A DNA stretch of 64,000 nt from Dipteris shenzhenensis. Its lineage: Eukaryota. The DNA is taken from the NCBI GenBank assembly GCA_047967505.1, contig CM106538.1, one strand, 5' to 3'. Positions within the stretch are counted from its first letter, which is position 1; every line of letters starts with the position of its first letter. The position numbers and the translations under genes are program-made. Under the pieces are notes generated by a model, which was not told the DNA's origin, searched no databases, and was given only the letters and a program-made list of their open reading frames with translations. Shown piece by piece: positions 51,235-62,043 of the stretch.

Positions 51235-53556
51235 CTACTCTAGTCTATGCTTCTTCGTGCTTGACTCAGATCCCTTTTTTGCTTGCTGAAGCAAAGAGGG
51301 CTGCACAATTTCATTCTCTATAGCCTGGGGATCTGTACTAGCCTTGCAATAGCTATGATACTATGGAGAGAACCGGATCGTGTGTTCGAGAACAAAAATA
51401 AAGCTACACTATGCCTAACCAGAACAACACTATCTACAGTAGGACGGATCTTCACCATCCGATTGAGGACCCTGAACTTCATGATATTCATCTTTCCATC
51501 CGACGATAATTGTCAATGGAACACCAAAATGTGTTGAGCCACTCTGTTGATGTAGTAGCTGATCGAAGCCATCCCCCCACTAGAAGACCCTTTGATTCCA
51601 CCCTTTAAGATATCCTGCAACCAACATATCGCATCAAATCTCAAAGATTATATAAATTAATAAAACATCATTTTTCAGGAATTAATAAGAGTAAGGGTTT
51701 TTCACAGATGCAAAATAATATCTCTAAAAAATCATATTTGGGAGGCCACTGAGACCCTAGCAACCATGTGCATCACTTTTATGCAAAAAGACCCCTTGCA
51801 AGCCCAAAATCGGACATCGTGCGACCATAGCCTAGCTTTTGCAAATATGATTTTTAAAAAATATTATTTTTCATTAGTGACAAAACCATAACCCTAATTG
51901 TTTCCACAAATGGAGTGGCAGGGGCAAGTGGCAAGGGCATGTGTCAGGGGCAAGTGGCATTGGTAGGATGTCCTGGGTTTAAAATCATAAAATTTTGTTG
52001 GGTTTTGTACTCTAAACCATAAACCCTATTTTTTATTCCCTAAAGCTAATTTTATTCCATGTGGCTTGAATAAAAACCATAAACCTCTTATTTTCCCAAT
52101 GTTTCAAAACCATAACCCTAATTTTTTCCACAAATGGAGTGGCAGGGGCAAGTGGCAGTGGCAAGATGTCCTGGGTTTAAAATCATAAAATTTGGTTGGG
52201 TTTTGTACCCTAAACCCTTAACCCTATTTTTTATTCCCTAAATCATATTTGGGAGGCCGCTGAGACCCTAGCAACCATGTGCATCATTTTCATGCAAAAA
52301 AACCCCCTAAAAGCCCTAAATCTGACATCGTGCAACTAGATCCCAGTTTCTTCACATGGTTGCTAGGGTCTTAGTAGCCTCCCAAATGTGATTTTTTTAA
52401 AATATTAATTTTCTAAATTACAAAACCATAATCCTAATTGTTTCCAGAAATGGAGTGGTAGGGGCAAGTGGTAGTGGCAGGATGTCCTAGGTTTAAAATC
52501 ATAAAATTTGGTTGGGTTTGGTACTCTAAACCCTAAACCCTATTTTTTATTCCCTACCAGTTGAAGACAAAGCAATGATTTTTGTTGCTAAAATGGAACC
52601 TAGAATTATACTGATGCTTTTGAATCACATGATGAAGCTGGCAAAGCTACATACCCTTTTTGCCTCGCGGAGTGTGTCAACTATGCAGTCTCCAACTAGA
52701 TTCCCTTTTGTGGTTGGTCTTGAACTTCATGTTGGATTAAGGTGCATCCTCGATTGCCTTATGTGTTAGTTGGATTGCCTCCAGATCGTCGGTGAGGCTC
52801 AAGTCATCAAAGCGTGCAATCTCATCGATTGCTGGATTGATTGGAGCATCAAAGTCAATGACATAATCAAAGGTGTCATTGAAGAGCCGACATAGCACCT
52901 CATCATCTCGGAGACTGGTTTCTTCCATCATTTCCAATAGGGTAAGGTATTCCTCACTCTCAATCCTGATTGGATCAACTGAAGCAAGGTGTGGCTTGGT
53001 TGTTGCCTCATCTAGATTGTTGCTTCATGTAGAGGATGGATATGCATGAGTCGGATATGAAGATAAGATGATCTTGCTTTCAACTTTCTCCTCAGCTAGG
53101 CTAATAGTATGCTCCTCAGGCTCTGGGTCTAGGTTTAGGTCATCTCCTCCACCACTTGTTGATGGACGTGCTCCACCACTTGTGGATGTAGGACCCTTTC
53201 TCAATCAAATGAATTGGGGAAGATGAATCATCCTCGATGGGAATAGCGTACTCATGGAGAGAGATAGGGACATTATCCATGGCCCTACCTAGTGTCTTCT
53301 TGAAGTTAGCACTCTGGTCAAAAGAGCTCAAAATGTTCAATGAAACCCATTGGTGAGGGGAGTTAGCAATTGCGACAGATTGCCCATGGATAAGTCTATC
53401 AAAAAACAGAAGAGGGGGATTATAAGCAGGAAGGAGAGCTCTCAAGTGTGACTCAAGATGGAATGCCTTGCAGAAGATAGGATAAACCTGATCTACAGAG
53501 GCATGGGAATCAGTGGATCAAATCCACTGGTCAAAAGCCTCTCTAGGGGAAGCCAT
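51235..53556 (-). pseudogene. Unknown two-exon ORF inside the TIR element (degenerate)
   Basis: ATG at 53556 opens MASPREAFDQWI*STDSHASVDQVYPIFCKAFHLESHLRALLPAYNPPLLFFDRL. A GT-AG intron (52557-51615) joins ILATKIIALSST|GYLKGWNQRVF in frame. Stop at 51235. No recognisable domain. Confidence 0.5.
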
Positions 53557-53716
53557 GAGTGTAGGAGGATGCTTGGGAAGATGAAAGAGGAGGCAAGGTT
53601 ATGCGAAACTGAAAATGTGAAAATGACCTTAGAAGTGTACTTTATAAAATGGGCATTGCCCTTAAAACTGCTCTTAATTACAATATTTTTATATTTATTA
53701 TTTTTTCTTTGGAAAG

Positions 53717-53719
<3 letters not shown>

Positions 53720-53768
<49 letters not shown>

Positions 53769-53879
53769 CTTAGCAATCTCCCTCTCTCCCTCTCCCTCTC
53801 TCTCTCTCATAGACCCATAAGGTCTTCCGAGGATGTTACTATATCTTTCTTTCTTTCCCTCCCTTTGTATCCCTCATTG

Positions 53880-53910
<31 letters not shown>

Positions 53911-54014
53911 CCCCCCTTTCTCTCTCTCTCTTGCTCCCTCTCTCTCTCTCTCTCTCTCTCTCTTTATTTCCCTCCCTTTGTGTCCCTATATGCTGTGTGT
54001 GTGTGTGTGTGTGT

Positions 54015-54053
<39 letters not shown>

Positions 54054-54690
54054 ACACCCGATGATCATCTTGTTGCCTTGTTGCCCTTAGCTATCTGTGT
54101 CGAACGTTGATTTTACATATGCACTTTTTATATTTTGTTAGTGGCTCCACCCTTTGGATCAGTTGTATCTGGGGTTTTTTTTCAATATCATAGTCTCTCA
54201 AAGACCTTAATTAACTTTCTTATTTTTCTCTTTCTCAACTTAGAGGTGCAAATGAATAAATGCAATCTTAACTCTCTCTCTCTATCTCTCTCTCTATCCC
54301 ACTCTCCATCTCCCTTTTTTTGTCCCCGTCTCCATCTCCATCTCCATCTTCCCCCCCCTTCCTCTGTCTCTTTCCCTTCCTTTGTGTCCTTGACTACTCT
54401 CTCTCTCTCTCTCTCTCTCCCCCCCCTCTCTCTCTCTATTTATACATCTAACAATGTCGCATGGCCAGGTGCATTATTTGTGTCCCTGACTCTTCTCTCT
54501 TTCTCTCTCTCTCATAGTCTTTCTCTCTCTCTCTCTCTCTCTCTTCATAGATCTAACTCTGTCTCATGGCCAGGTACATTATTTGTGTTGCTTATTGCAC
54601 TCTCAACTTCTCTCTCTCTCTCTCTCATTGAGTCTCTCTTGCACACTCTAATTTCTATCTCTCTCTCTCTCACATACACTCTCTCTTGCA
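53720..54690. repeat. (CT)n/(GT)n microsatellite-rich spacer between the two minus-strand genes of the TIR element
   Basis: Multiple (TC)n runs; similar runs also lie at 56300-57080, upstream of the BAH-like gene. Confidence 0.9.
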
Positions 54691-54866
54691 CAATACAGAT
54701 ATACAAATATCCACACAGATTTAAAATTACAAATATTTATCGCTTTATCATTCATAGACCATAGAGAGCCATCAATCTAGAGGTGCAAACTTAATAAATA
54801 AAATCTTAACAATAAATGAAACAACACTTTGCATTATTTATGATTGATATTATGAAATACTTGCCA

Positions 54867-56237
54867 TCATGTCTCTACTATCTCTAGAGTATGGGGGGGG
54901 CAACAATTCTTACAAAGGATGCTTGTCTCATCCCTATATCTAACTTTGCGATTATCAACTCTAAAATAATAGTGGGGAGGGCTTGCTGCTCCCAACTGCA
55001 ATTCTTCCCTGATAAATCGCATGGTCCACTCCTCTTCTAATTCCAACATTAGATTAGGATGTCATTGCCGATAAATTGATACCTCGACAACAGGACTGTG
55101 AGTCCCATCGCGCAGATCATCATCCATTAGTTCCCATTATAGGTTCTTCTATCTAAACCTTCTACATGTGGAAGTCATGCAGAGATTTTGCCTTCCAATG
55201 AAATACCTGCAAAATTTGGGATCTATTAATACATAGTATCCTGATAATTTTTTATACAAACAAGATTTGTAAGATTTGCTCACCGAAATGTCACATTTGA
55301 AGTGTTCAATCAACATTGTACTAAATCTTTAGCATGACATGTTCTTGTTGTCCATCCATTGTCAAATAGCTCAGAGAGCCAGTCCATTTCAAGCTCTTGC
55401 AAGTGTAAGTAATCTTTGTTTTCCTTAATTGCCTACAACTTGCAAAGAAATCAACAAAGCATGGAAATGGAAGAAACCAGCTCAACCTAGCATTTATTCC
55501 ACAAGTAGTTGGCTTCATAGCATTTCTCACACCATTAAACATTCTATTTCTATATGATTCACTTATCTCCATGCTTGGAAGTGGCCATTCTGGACTATCA
55601 AAAGAGGGCAAGGGAAGAGATTCTAATCTACCATACTATCCTTCTTCATTTGGCACAATGAACATTGAGTCATATAAGAAGATCCCGTCCTTTTTTTATT
55701 CTGATGGTGTGCGACCTTCATACTGAAGACTCCTGATCTCAACATGGAGGACATGCAACACCCCAATTATGCATGCTACAGGCTCCCACTCTTTGTAAGT
55801 AGATGGATATAAGTCTGTAAAACAAATACAAGGCATAAGACACTTGTGTCAAAGTCCCCAAATAAATGCAAATACTCTAAAAAGCAAATCAAGTATTAGT
55901 ACACTTTGAAAAACTTACAATTGGGCCTACGATATGGAAGTCTTGCATTCGGATGCACGTATATGTTTGCATGGGTAAAGACATGCTGAATATATACCTG
56001 TGTCATTGTGTTACTGGCAGGAGAAATTTCAAAATTTAAGATCCTTCCTTTCCAATTTTTGGAGATGTCCATTGCATCCTTCAGACCCACTTTGTATCAC
56101 CCATGATTAGTGGGTTGCATTGTGATCCAAAAATATTTTGTGTAGAGCTGAGGAATCCATTCCCCATGCTCATCCTTAACATTCTTCAATACAACAAATT
56201 GTAAACTACTTCTATATCTATCATTTTCTACTTCCAT
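54867..56237 (-). pseudogene. Three-exon BAH-domain-like gene inside the TIR element (degenerate)
   Basis: ATG at 56237; GT-AG introns 55918-55815 and 55283-55207. Spliced product YKVGLKDAMDISKNWKGRILNFE...TQVYIQHVF...PNYLYPSTYKEWEPVACIIGVLHVL...DGIFLYDSMF follows the BAH strand pattern (YxVGD / W-G-I / V-VQW / ELFxS / IxGxxxV / FFx). Confidence 0.55.
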
Positions 56238-56350
56238 AGTTTCTACCCCTATACCATATGATTAAAATTAGCTCTTTCTACTTCCATAGACCCTCCAAAT
56301 TTATGTCTTCTATTCTCTCTTTCTCTATCCCTCTCTTTCTCTTTCTTTGC

Positions 56351-56382
<32 letters not shown>

Positions 56383-56877
56383 TTCCCTCTCTCGTTTAAC
56401 TAAACCTCTCATAAAAACAAATAAAATATTATTTAAAAAAACATAAAATGCTTCTCTCTCTCTTACTCAGTCTTCCAAGGTACCCCTCACACAAATAAAC
56501 ATCAAATTATATTGAAATACTTAGTTTACGATATGCTCTCTTTCTGCTCTGTTTCTCCACAAACAAAGAAAACATTATCAATATCATATCACTCTCTCTC
56601 TCCCTCCCAAAACTCTTTGATTAGGATCTCTTTTTCTTCCTTCTTTCTCAAATACTTTTAAAACCTAGTAGTTTGAAATACAATCTCTGTCTCTCTTCCT
56701 CAATCATCCCCTCAACGGAAGAAAACATAACAGTTCGAAATATAATCTCTCTCTCTCTCTCTCTTTTCCCTCCCTCTATCTACCCCTCCTATACTAGCAA
56801 AGAAACAAACGAGTATTTTCTATCTCTCTCCCTCACTCATCCCCTCAAACAGATAAAATAACATAGGAATTTCAAAT

Positions 56878-56918
<41 letters not shown>

Positions 56919-57019
56919 TCCTCTATCTATCCCTCCTATACTAATGAAGAAACAAATGACTATTTTATGTCTCTCTCCCTCACTCATTCCCTCAAATAGA
57001 AAAAAACATAGGAGTTGAA

Positions 57020-57057
<38 letters not shown>

Positions 57058-58670
57058 TTCCTCTAACTATCCCTCCTATACCAGTGAAGAAAAATATGTC
57101 AAAAATCATTTTGTAGTTTTAAATATCATCTATCTCAATCTCTCCCTCTTCCCTATGTCTTGCAACAAACATATAGATAAAGTGTGATACAAAAACGTAT
57201 CTACTTAATACACACAAAACTTTCAAGGTGAAACCACTTCATTATCTAGAAAGTATGTGTTCCTTCTTCTGGAGTTGACTATATATACTCCAAAAAGGTA
57301 GAGAAAGAGCCAAAAATGATAGAACACCCGTTTTTCTCACTCCTTCCAAGTAGATTTAGGTTGCAACTTCAAGAGTTGACTCTCTATACTCAAAAAGGTG
57401 AGGAAAGAACTGAAAATGAGAGAACACCTATTTTTCTCACTCCTTCCAAGCAGATTTAGGTTGCAACTTTGGTTTCTAAGAGAGAGTGAAATAAGTAGAG
57501 AATGAATGGAAGAGAAGAGGGATGAACAGAGCTTGGCAGAAGTTTCTCTGAGAGATTTTTGAATGTGGAAGAAAAACGTGAGCAAAGAGGAGAGAGAATG
57601 ACTAATCAAGAGTGGAAAGAAGATATTTTGAAACCAGCTGCTAGAAAGTGGTGGGAATGAATATTTAAAACGTTTTGGAAGAGAGAGAACAGGGAGAAAG
57701 CTGGTTAGGAAGTCAAAGTTTGGGCCAAATGGTTGAACCAAATGGAAAACATGAGCATAGTTCTAGCTAGGGGACAGTTTGTCATGGGAGGAAAACAAGG
57801 AGGCCTGACATGGTCAGTGCAGGCCTGCCAAAGATAATTTTTTATTGTGAAGCACCAATGATGTTTTTAAAGGGTATTTTGAAAAAAACTTGAAAATTTT
57901 CCTAGATTTGGGGAGCCTTTGTTACAGAGAAGTCCACATGGCATAATCTCCTTCGTGGATACCGTATTCCCTTATCCAAGCCTCTAATATTTTAGTAATT
58001 CTCCAAAGGGTCTCTTTTTGAGTCCAAAATTTTTGTAATGAGAAAAAGCGAGCAAGCCCAAAAAAGCGAGCGACAATTAGTTGAAGTGGTTGGAAAATCA
58101 AGCAAGCAAAGAAAGAATCTAAGTTTTCTATAAAATAATTGGTTGAAGTAGAAAGTATTCAAAAGGGTTTGGCAATTAAGGAATTGAGTAGTCTAAAATT
58201 AAGGACTATTGTAACATGACCCCATTTGGGTTTGACTATTACCCTGGGGGGTCACTCAAAAACATTTAACATAGCACTTTAGTGCATTGAGGGCTATGTT
58301 TTAGTGGGGGGACATAATGTAATTTTTATATGTAGATTTATGAAGGAGTATCACAATTTTAAGATTGAAATTGTAAACACATACAAGGGTTTAACCATTT
58401 ATATGAGAAAATGTAAAGATGCAAGAAAAGGGGTAATTTTCAACACATGCTTGCTTGCACATGCTTTATGGGTTTATGAAGAGTGATCCCCAGAGTGCAA
58501 TTAAAAGGTAGAGGATGTTAAAATTTGGTTTTTTTCCCCCAAAATAGACAGTGTCTTCTCGCTCCCTATTATGGAAAACCTTGCTTTAAATTTGGTACAA
58601 GAAATTGGACAGAATTTCATAAAATTCATATTCTAATACACATAATTTTTTTAGCAGTTGTGAAAAAAGG

Positions 58671-58959
58671 CATCTAAATCATGCCTTGTCATTTGATTTG
58701 ATATGTAACATTATGCCATTTATATTTGACAATCAAAAGGTGCAAGGATGTTAAAAACTCATCTTTTAGGCCAAAACAATCAAATGTTGACATCTTGCAA
58801 AAATATAGGGATGTAAAAATGCCCTCTTTTGGGCCAAAATAGGGAGCGCATTGTTTTGGCCCAAAAGATGACATTTTCACATCCCTGTATCTTTTGATTT
58901 ACAAGTCTAAACGGGGTCATGTTACTTATCAAATCAAATGGCAAGGCGTACTTTAGATG
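58671..58959. repeat. Foldback/MITE-like inverted repeat with ~110 bp arms
   Basis: CATCTAAATCATGCCTTGTCATTTGATTTGATATGTAACA...GGCCAAAACAAT (58671-58780) pairs with 58850-58959 (rc CATCTAAAGTACGCCTTGCCATTTGATTTGATAAGTAACA...GGCCAAAACAAT). Confidence 0.8.
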
Positions 58960-59486
58960 ATTATCATGTCTTTGTGTACCATCTAGTAAACTTTAATGCA
59001 CCAAAATTTGAAATTGTGGTCAATTTGTTGCATTGGTAAGATTAGTCGGAGGTAAGAGTAAATCATTAGGAAAGGATATTTTTGCAGTAACAAAGAAACA
59101 TGGGTTTTGTTCCAAGAGTGAACAGAGTTAAAAAAGCTAAGCATTTACATATGTATGGAATCTAGACTAATCCATGCAAGGAGTCCTTGGAAAGACCCTT
59201 GTGTGGAAGGTTGCATTGATGATCTCAATTACTCTAGTGGAAAGAGAGAACTTGATTGCAGTAGGGTTTGTCTTTGATACAAACAATGACTTGGAAATTA
59301 AACATACAAACTGCCTCATGGGTGATGTGAAATTAGTGTTACTGACTTTAAAGTTACATGCATATTTAACCTTCTAGCATTGAGGAAACATATGGACTTT
59401 TGAATAAGTTATTATTTTTTGCTACTCAAATGGAGTATTTATAAATATTTTATTATTTTTTATTGCTCATTTTTTGGTAATCCTTC

Positions 59487-60990
59487 ATTACATGTGGAGA
59501 TTTCTACCAAGCAAAACCAATCAAAGACTCTTGGGTTTTCAACATGCATGATAATGAATTGGAGTGTCTTGCCAATACATATTGGCACACAAAGCTGAAA
59601 TGCTACGAATTGAAGTCAACCATGCATCAAAGCAAGAGTAGATTCATCGACGCCCTCAAGTCCTTTAGAAAATGCATGCAACTTTGCACGGGATGAAAAC
59701 ATGTGCTCATAGCAATAGATCACTTCTCTCAAACAACATACAACAAGGGGAAAATGCTAGATGATTCGAAAAACACATGTGGCCTACATACCAAAATTAA
59801 AATAAAAGAAGGTATGCTAGTGGAGTTATATTTTAGGGAATTTCAACCACAAGATGGAATGGTCAATGGTATTGATGGAATTTTCATGATAACGTCAACC
59901 TACATGGGGAAGGACATAGTTTGGATACTATTTCTTTAAAAGAGATTAGATACAAGCTCAAATAGATAACATCAATGATACTGATAAAGAATATATTAAA
60001 CTAGAATGGACACCCCCATGTGGAATTTCAAAACAAGTGAAGATAAGGCCATAAAAAACAGGCATTCTACTCGAGAACAATTCCATATTCAACCAGCAAC
60101 AACAAGAACAATACATCGAGCACAAGGGCTAATGTTACAAAGGCTTGCATTTTCCCAAAAGGAGTATGTGAACATGGCTTGGCATACACGTGTCAAGGAA
60201 ATTGAAAATTTATACTTGTTGAAACCAGTTCAAAATGATAAATTTTTCCAAGTTGAGAATGGTGTGAAGAATGAAATGAACAAGTTCACTGAAAAATCTT
60301 GGACAACATTGGCCCAATTGCTTTTAAAAAGAAAGGGAAGCTACAAATTGCTAGTTACATCCTTGAACACAAGATCACTCCCAAAGTACATTTGCAACAT
60401 TAACCAAACAACACAAGTAATGGATTCCGATGTCATATGCCTACAAGAAACAAGAACACGAAACCCCTGCCCATACATTGTGGTAGGGCCCTTGATGTGG
60501 TTGAAGATTACACACACTTTGGGAAATGCATGCTACTGAAAAAAAGACTTGCAGTAAATAGTGTCATTATGTACGTAGAACAAGGGGTGAAAATCACAAC
60601 CATCAAAACAACTATAAATGAACAAAGGCTATCCATTTTTAATATATATAGGCCACCATCTCTAAGATACAATATGTTCATAACCTAGTAGGCGACGTTC
60701 ACATATACATGGGAAAAAATTCACCGGAATCAACCAATCTAGAAACAATGATGTGGATGTTTGACCTCAAAATGCACTTTCAAAAGCCAACCACCATTTA
60801 CAGGTCACACTTAGGCCATGTGTGGAGCAACATGCCCTCTAGAAACGTTCTCTTCGAAAGAGTCCTATGCTTACTTGACGAACCATTCCATAGCATACAC
60901 TACATCTACTAGGACATCACACAATCCAGCTTCGTCCATGACACTAGTCCTCCATTATGCAAGGCCCTTGTGGGATCCCCACCTTGTTTG
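59487..60990 (+). mobile_element. Helentron helicase C-terminal part fused to an AP-like endonuclease, plus putative 3' terminus
   Basis: Resumes with ITCGDFYQ (motif III), then LKSTMHQ, DGMVNG, QFHIQPATTRTIHRAQG and RVKEIENLYL. Endonuclease motifs follow: SLNTRSL, DVICLQET, IYRPPS, GDVH, PTTIYRSHLGHVWSN. Hairpin GTGGG-ATC-CCCAC at ~60970-60982. Confidence 0.85.
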
Positions 60991-61860
60991 CTAATCAAGT
61001 CCATTCCACTTCTTTCAGTTCATGTGGTCAATTTGACCAGTTTAAGTCTTGGTTTAGTGATTGCTTAATGCTTTCTAATGTGCTCCTAATGTGTTGTTAG
61101 GATCAAGTTTTTATCCTCTTGTGGATATCCTTAATGCTTTTTTCTTTTGTTGGGTATTTCTCTCTACAGATGGAGACACTCTTTGCCTCTTATATGACAC
61201 CACTCTTGCCAAAATAGCCACGTTCCTACTTTTATTTAATGGTCTATCCATCACACACACGCATACACACCTCTTTCACCTCTTTTCTCTCTCTTTCACT
61301 CATCTACCTAGATAAAAATCCTAGGGAGGCTCAAAAGGAAACAACGTGAAAGATAGAAGGTGAAAGACAAGCGATACCATTCCATTAAAGGGTGCTTTCT
61401 TAAATTCAACATCATCTTTACCATTCCATTAGAGGCTGTGTTCTTAAATGTAAAATTATCTTTTCCCAATACATATGTCATTACTCAATCTACTCTACCA
61501 ATCAGTACATATGTCATTACCCTATTGATGCAATCTACTCTACCAATCACATAATTTCTGTCCATATCAATCTTCTCACATCACTGAAGTACTCTATGGA
61601 ACCACATTTCTCAATGCCCCCCCTTTTTATCAAGCTACTTTACACTTACAGTTATATTGGCATTCCAAAGGCAAGGCCTTACCGGGATCCCCACGTTTTT
61701 TTCGCTTTAGAGTGGAAAGATTACTAAGCTGTACCCTTCTCACATCACTGAATCAAGCTACTTTACACTTACAGTTATACTGGCATTCCAAAGGCAAGGC
61801 CTTAGTGGGATCCCCATCTTATTTTCGCTTTAGAGGGGAAAGATTACTAAGCCGTACCCT
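60988..61860 (+). mobile_element. Second copy of the short non-autonomous repeat with a duplicated 3' end, in the P450 promoter region
   Basis: Matches 22646-23195. The block TCAAGCTACTTTACACTTACAG...GGGATCCCCA...GATTACTAAGC.GTACCCT is duplicated (~61630-61737 and ~61753-61860). Confidence 0.65.
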
Positions 61861-62043
61861 ATAGAGGCAGGGAAAAAACTTGCACTATGACAGCTAAGAA
61901 AGTTTGGTTTTGTGACAAGACTATGATATGTTGTAGGGTGACAGTAGACTACGTAGAGCCTCCAAGGTGTTTTTTAAATGTTTGAGAACCCACTGTCTTC
62001 TCTGCAAATGTGAAAGCTAGATCCTTCCTACGACCCACTCGCC

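Larger units (their letters stand above)
45687..58040. mobile_element. ~12.35 kb TIR DNA transposon carrying a RAG1/Transib-like transposase, an H3/CENH3-like gene, an unknown ORF and a BAH-like gene
   Basis: Left end CATTACAAAAAAATTGGACTAAAAAAGGGCCCT (45687) matches the reverse complement of the right end, CATTACAAAAATTTTGGACTCAAAAAGAGACCCT (ends 58040). A further GGATAAGG-GAATA block is shared ~65 bp inside. No clean TSD (GTG left, AGA right). Confidence 0.75.

Noticed and set aside
53458-54764. Long Ser/Leu and Arg/Glu ORFs
   Set aside because: Translations of (CT)n microsatellites, not genes.
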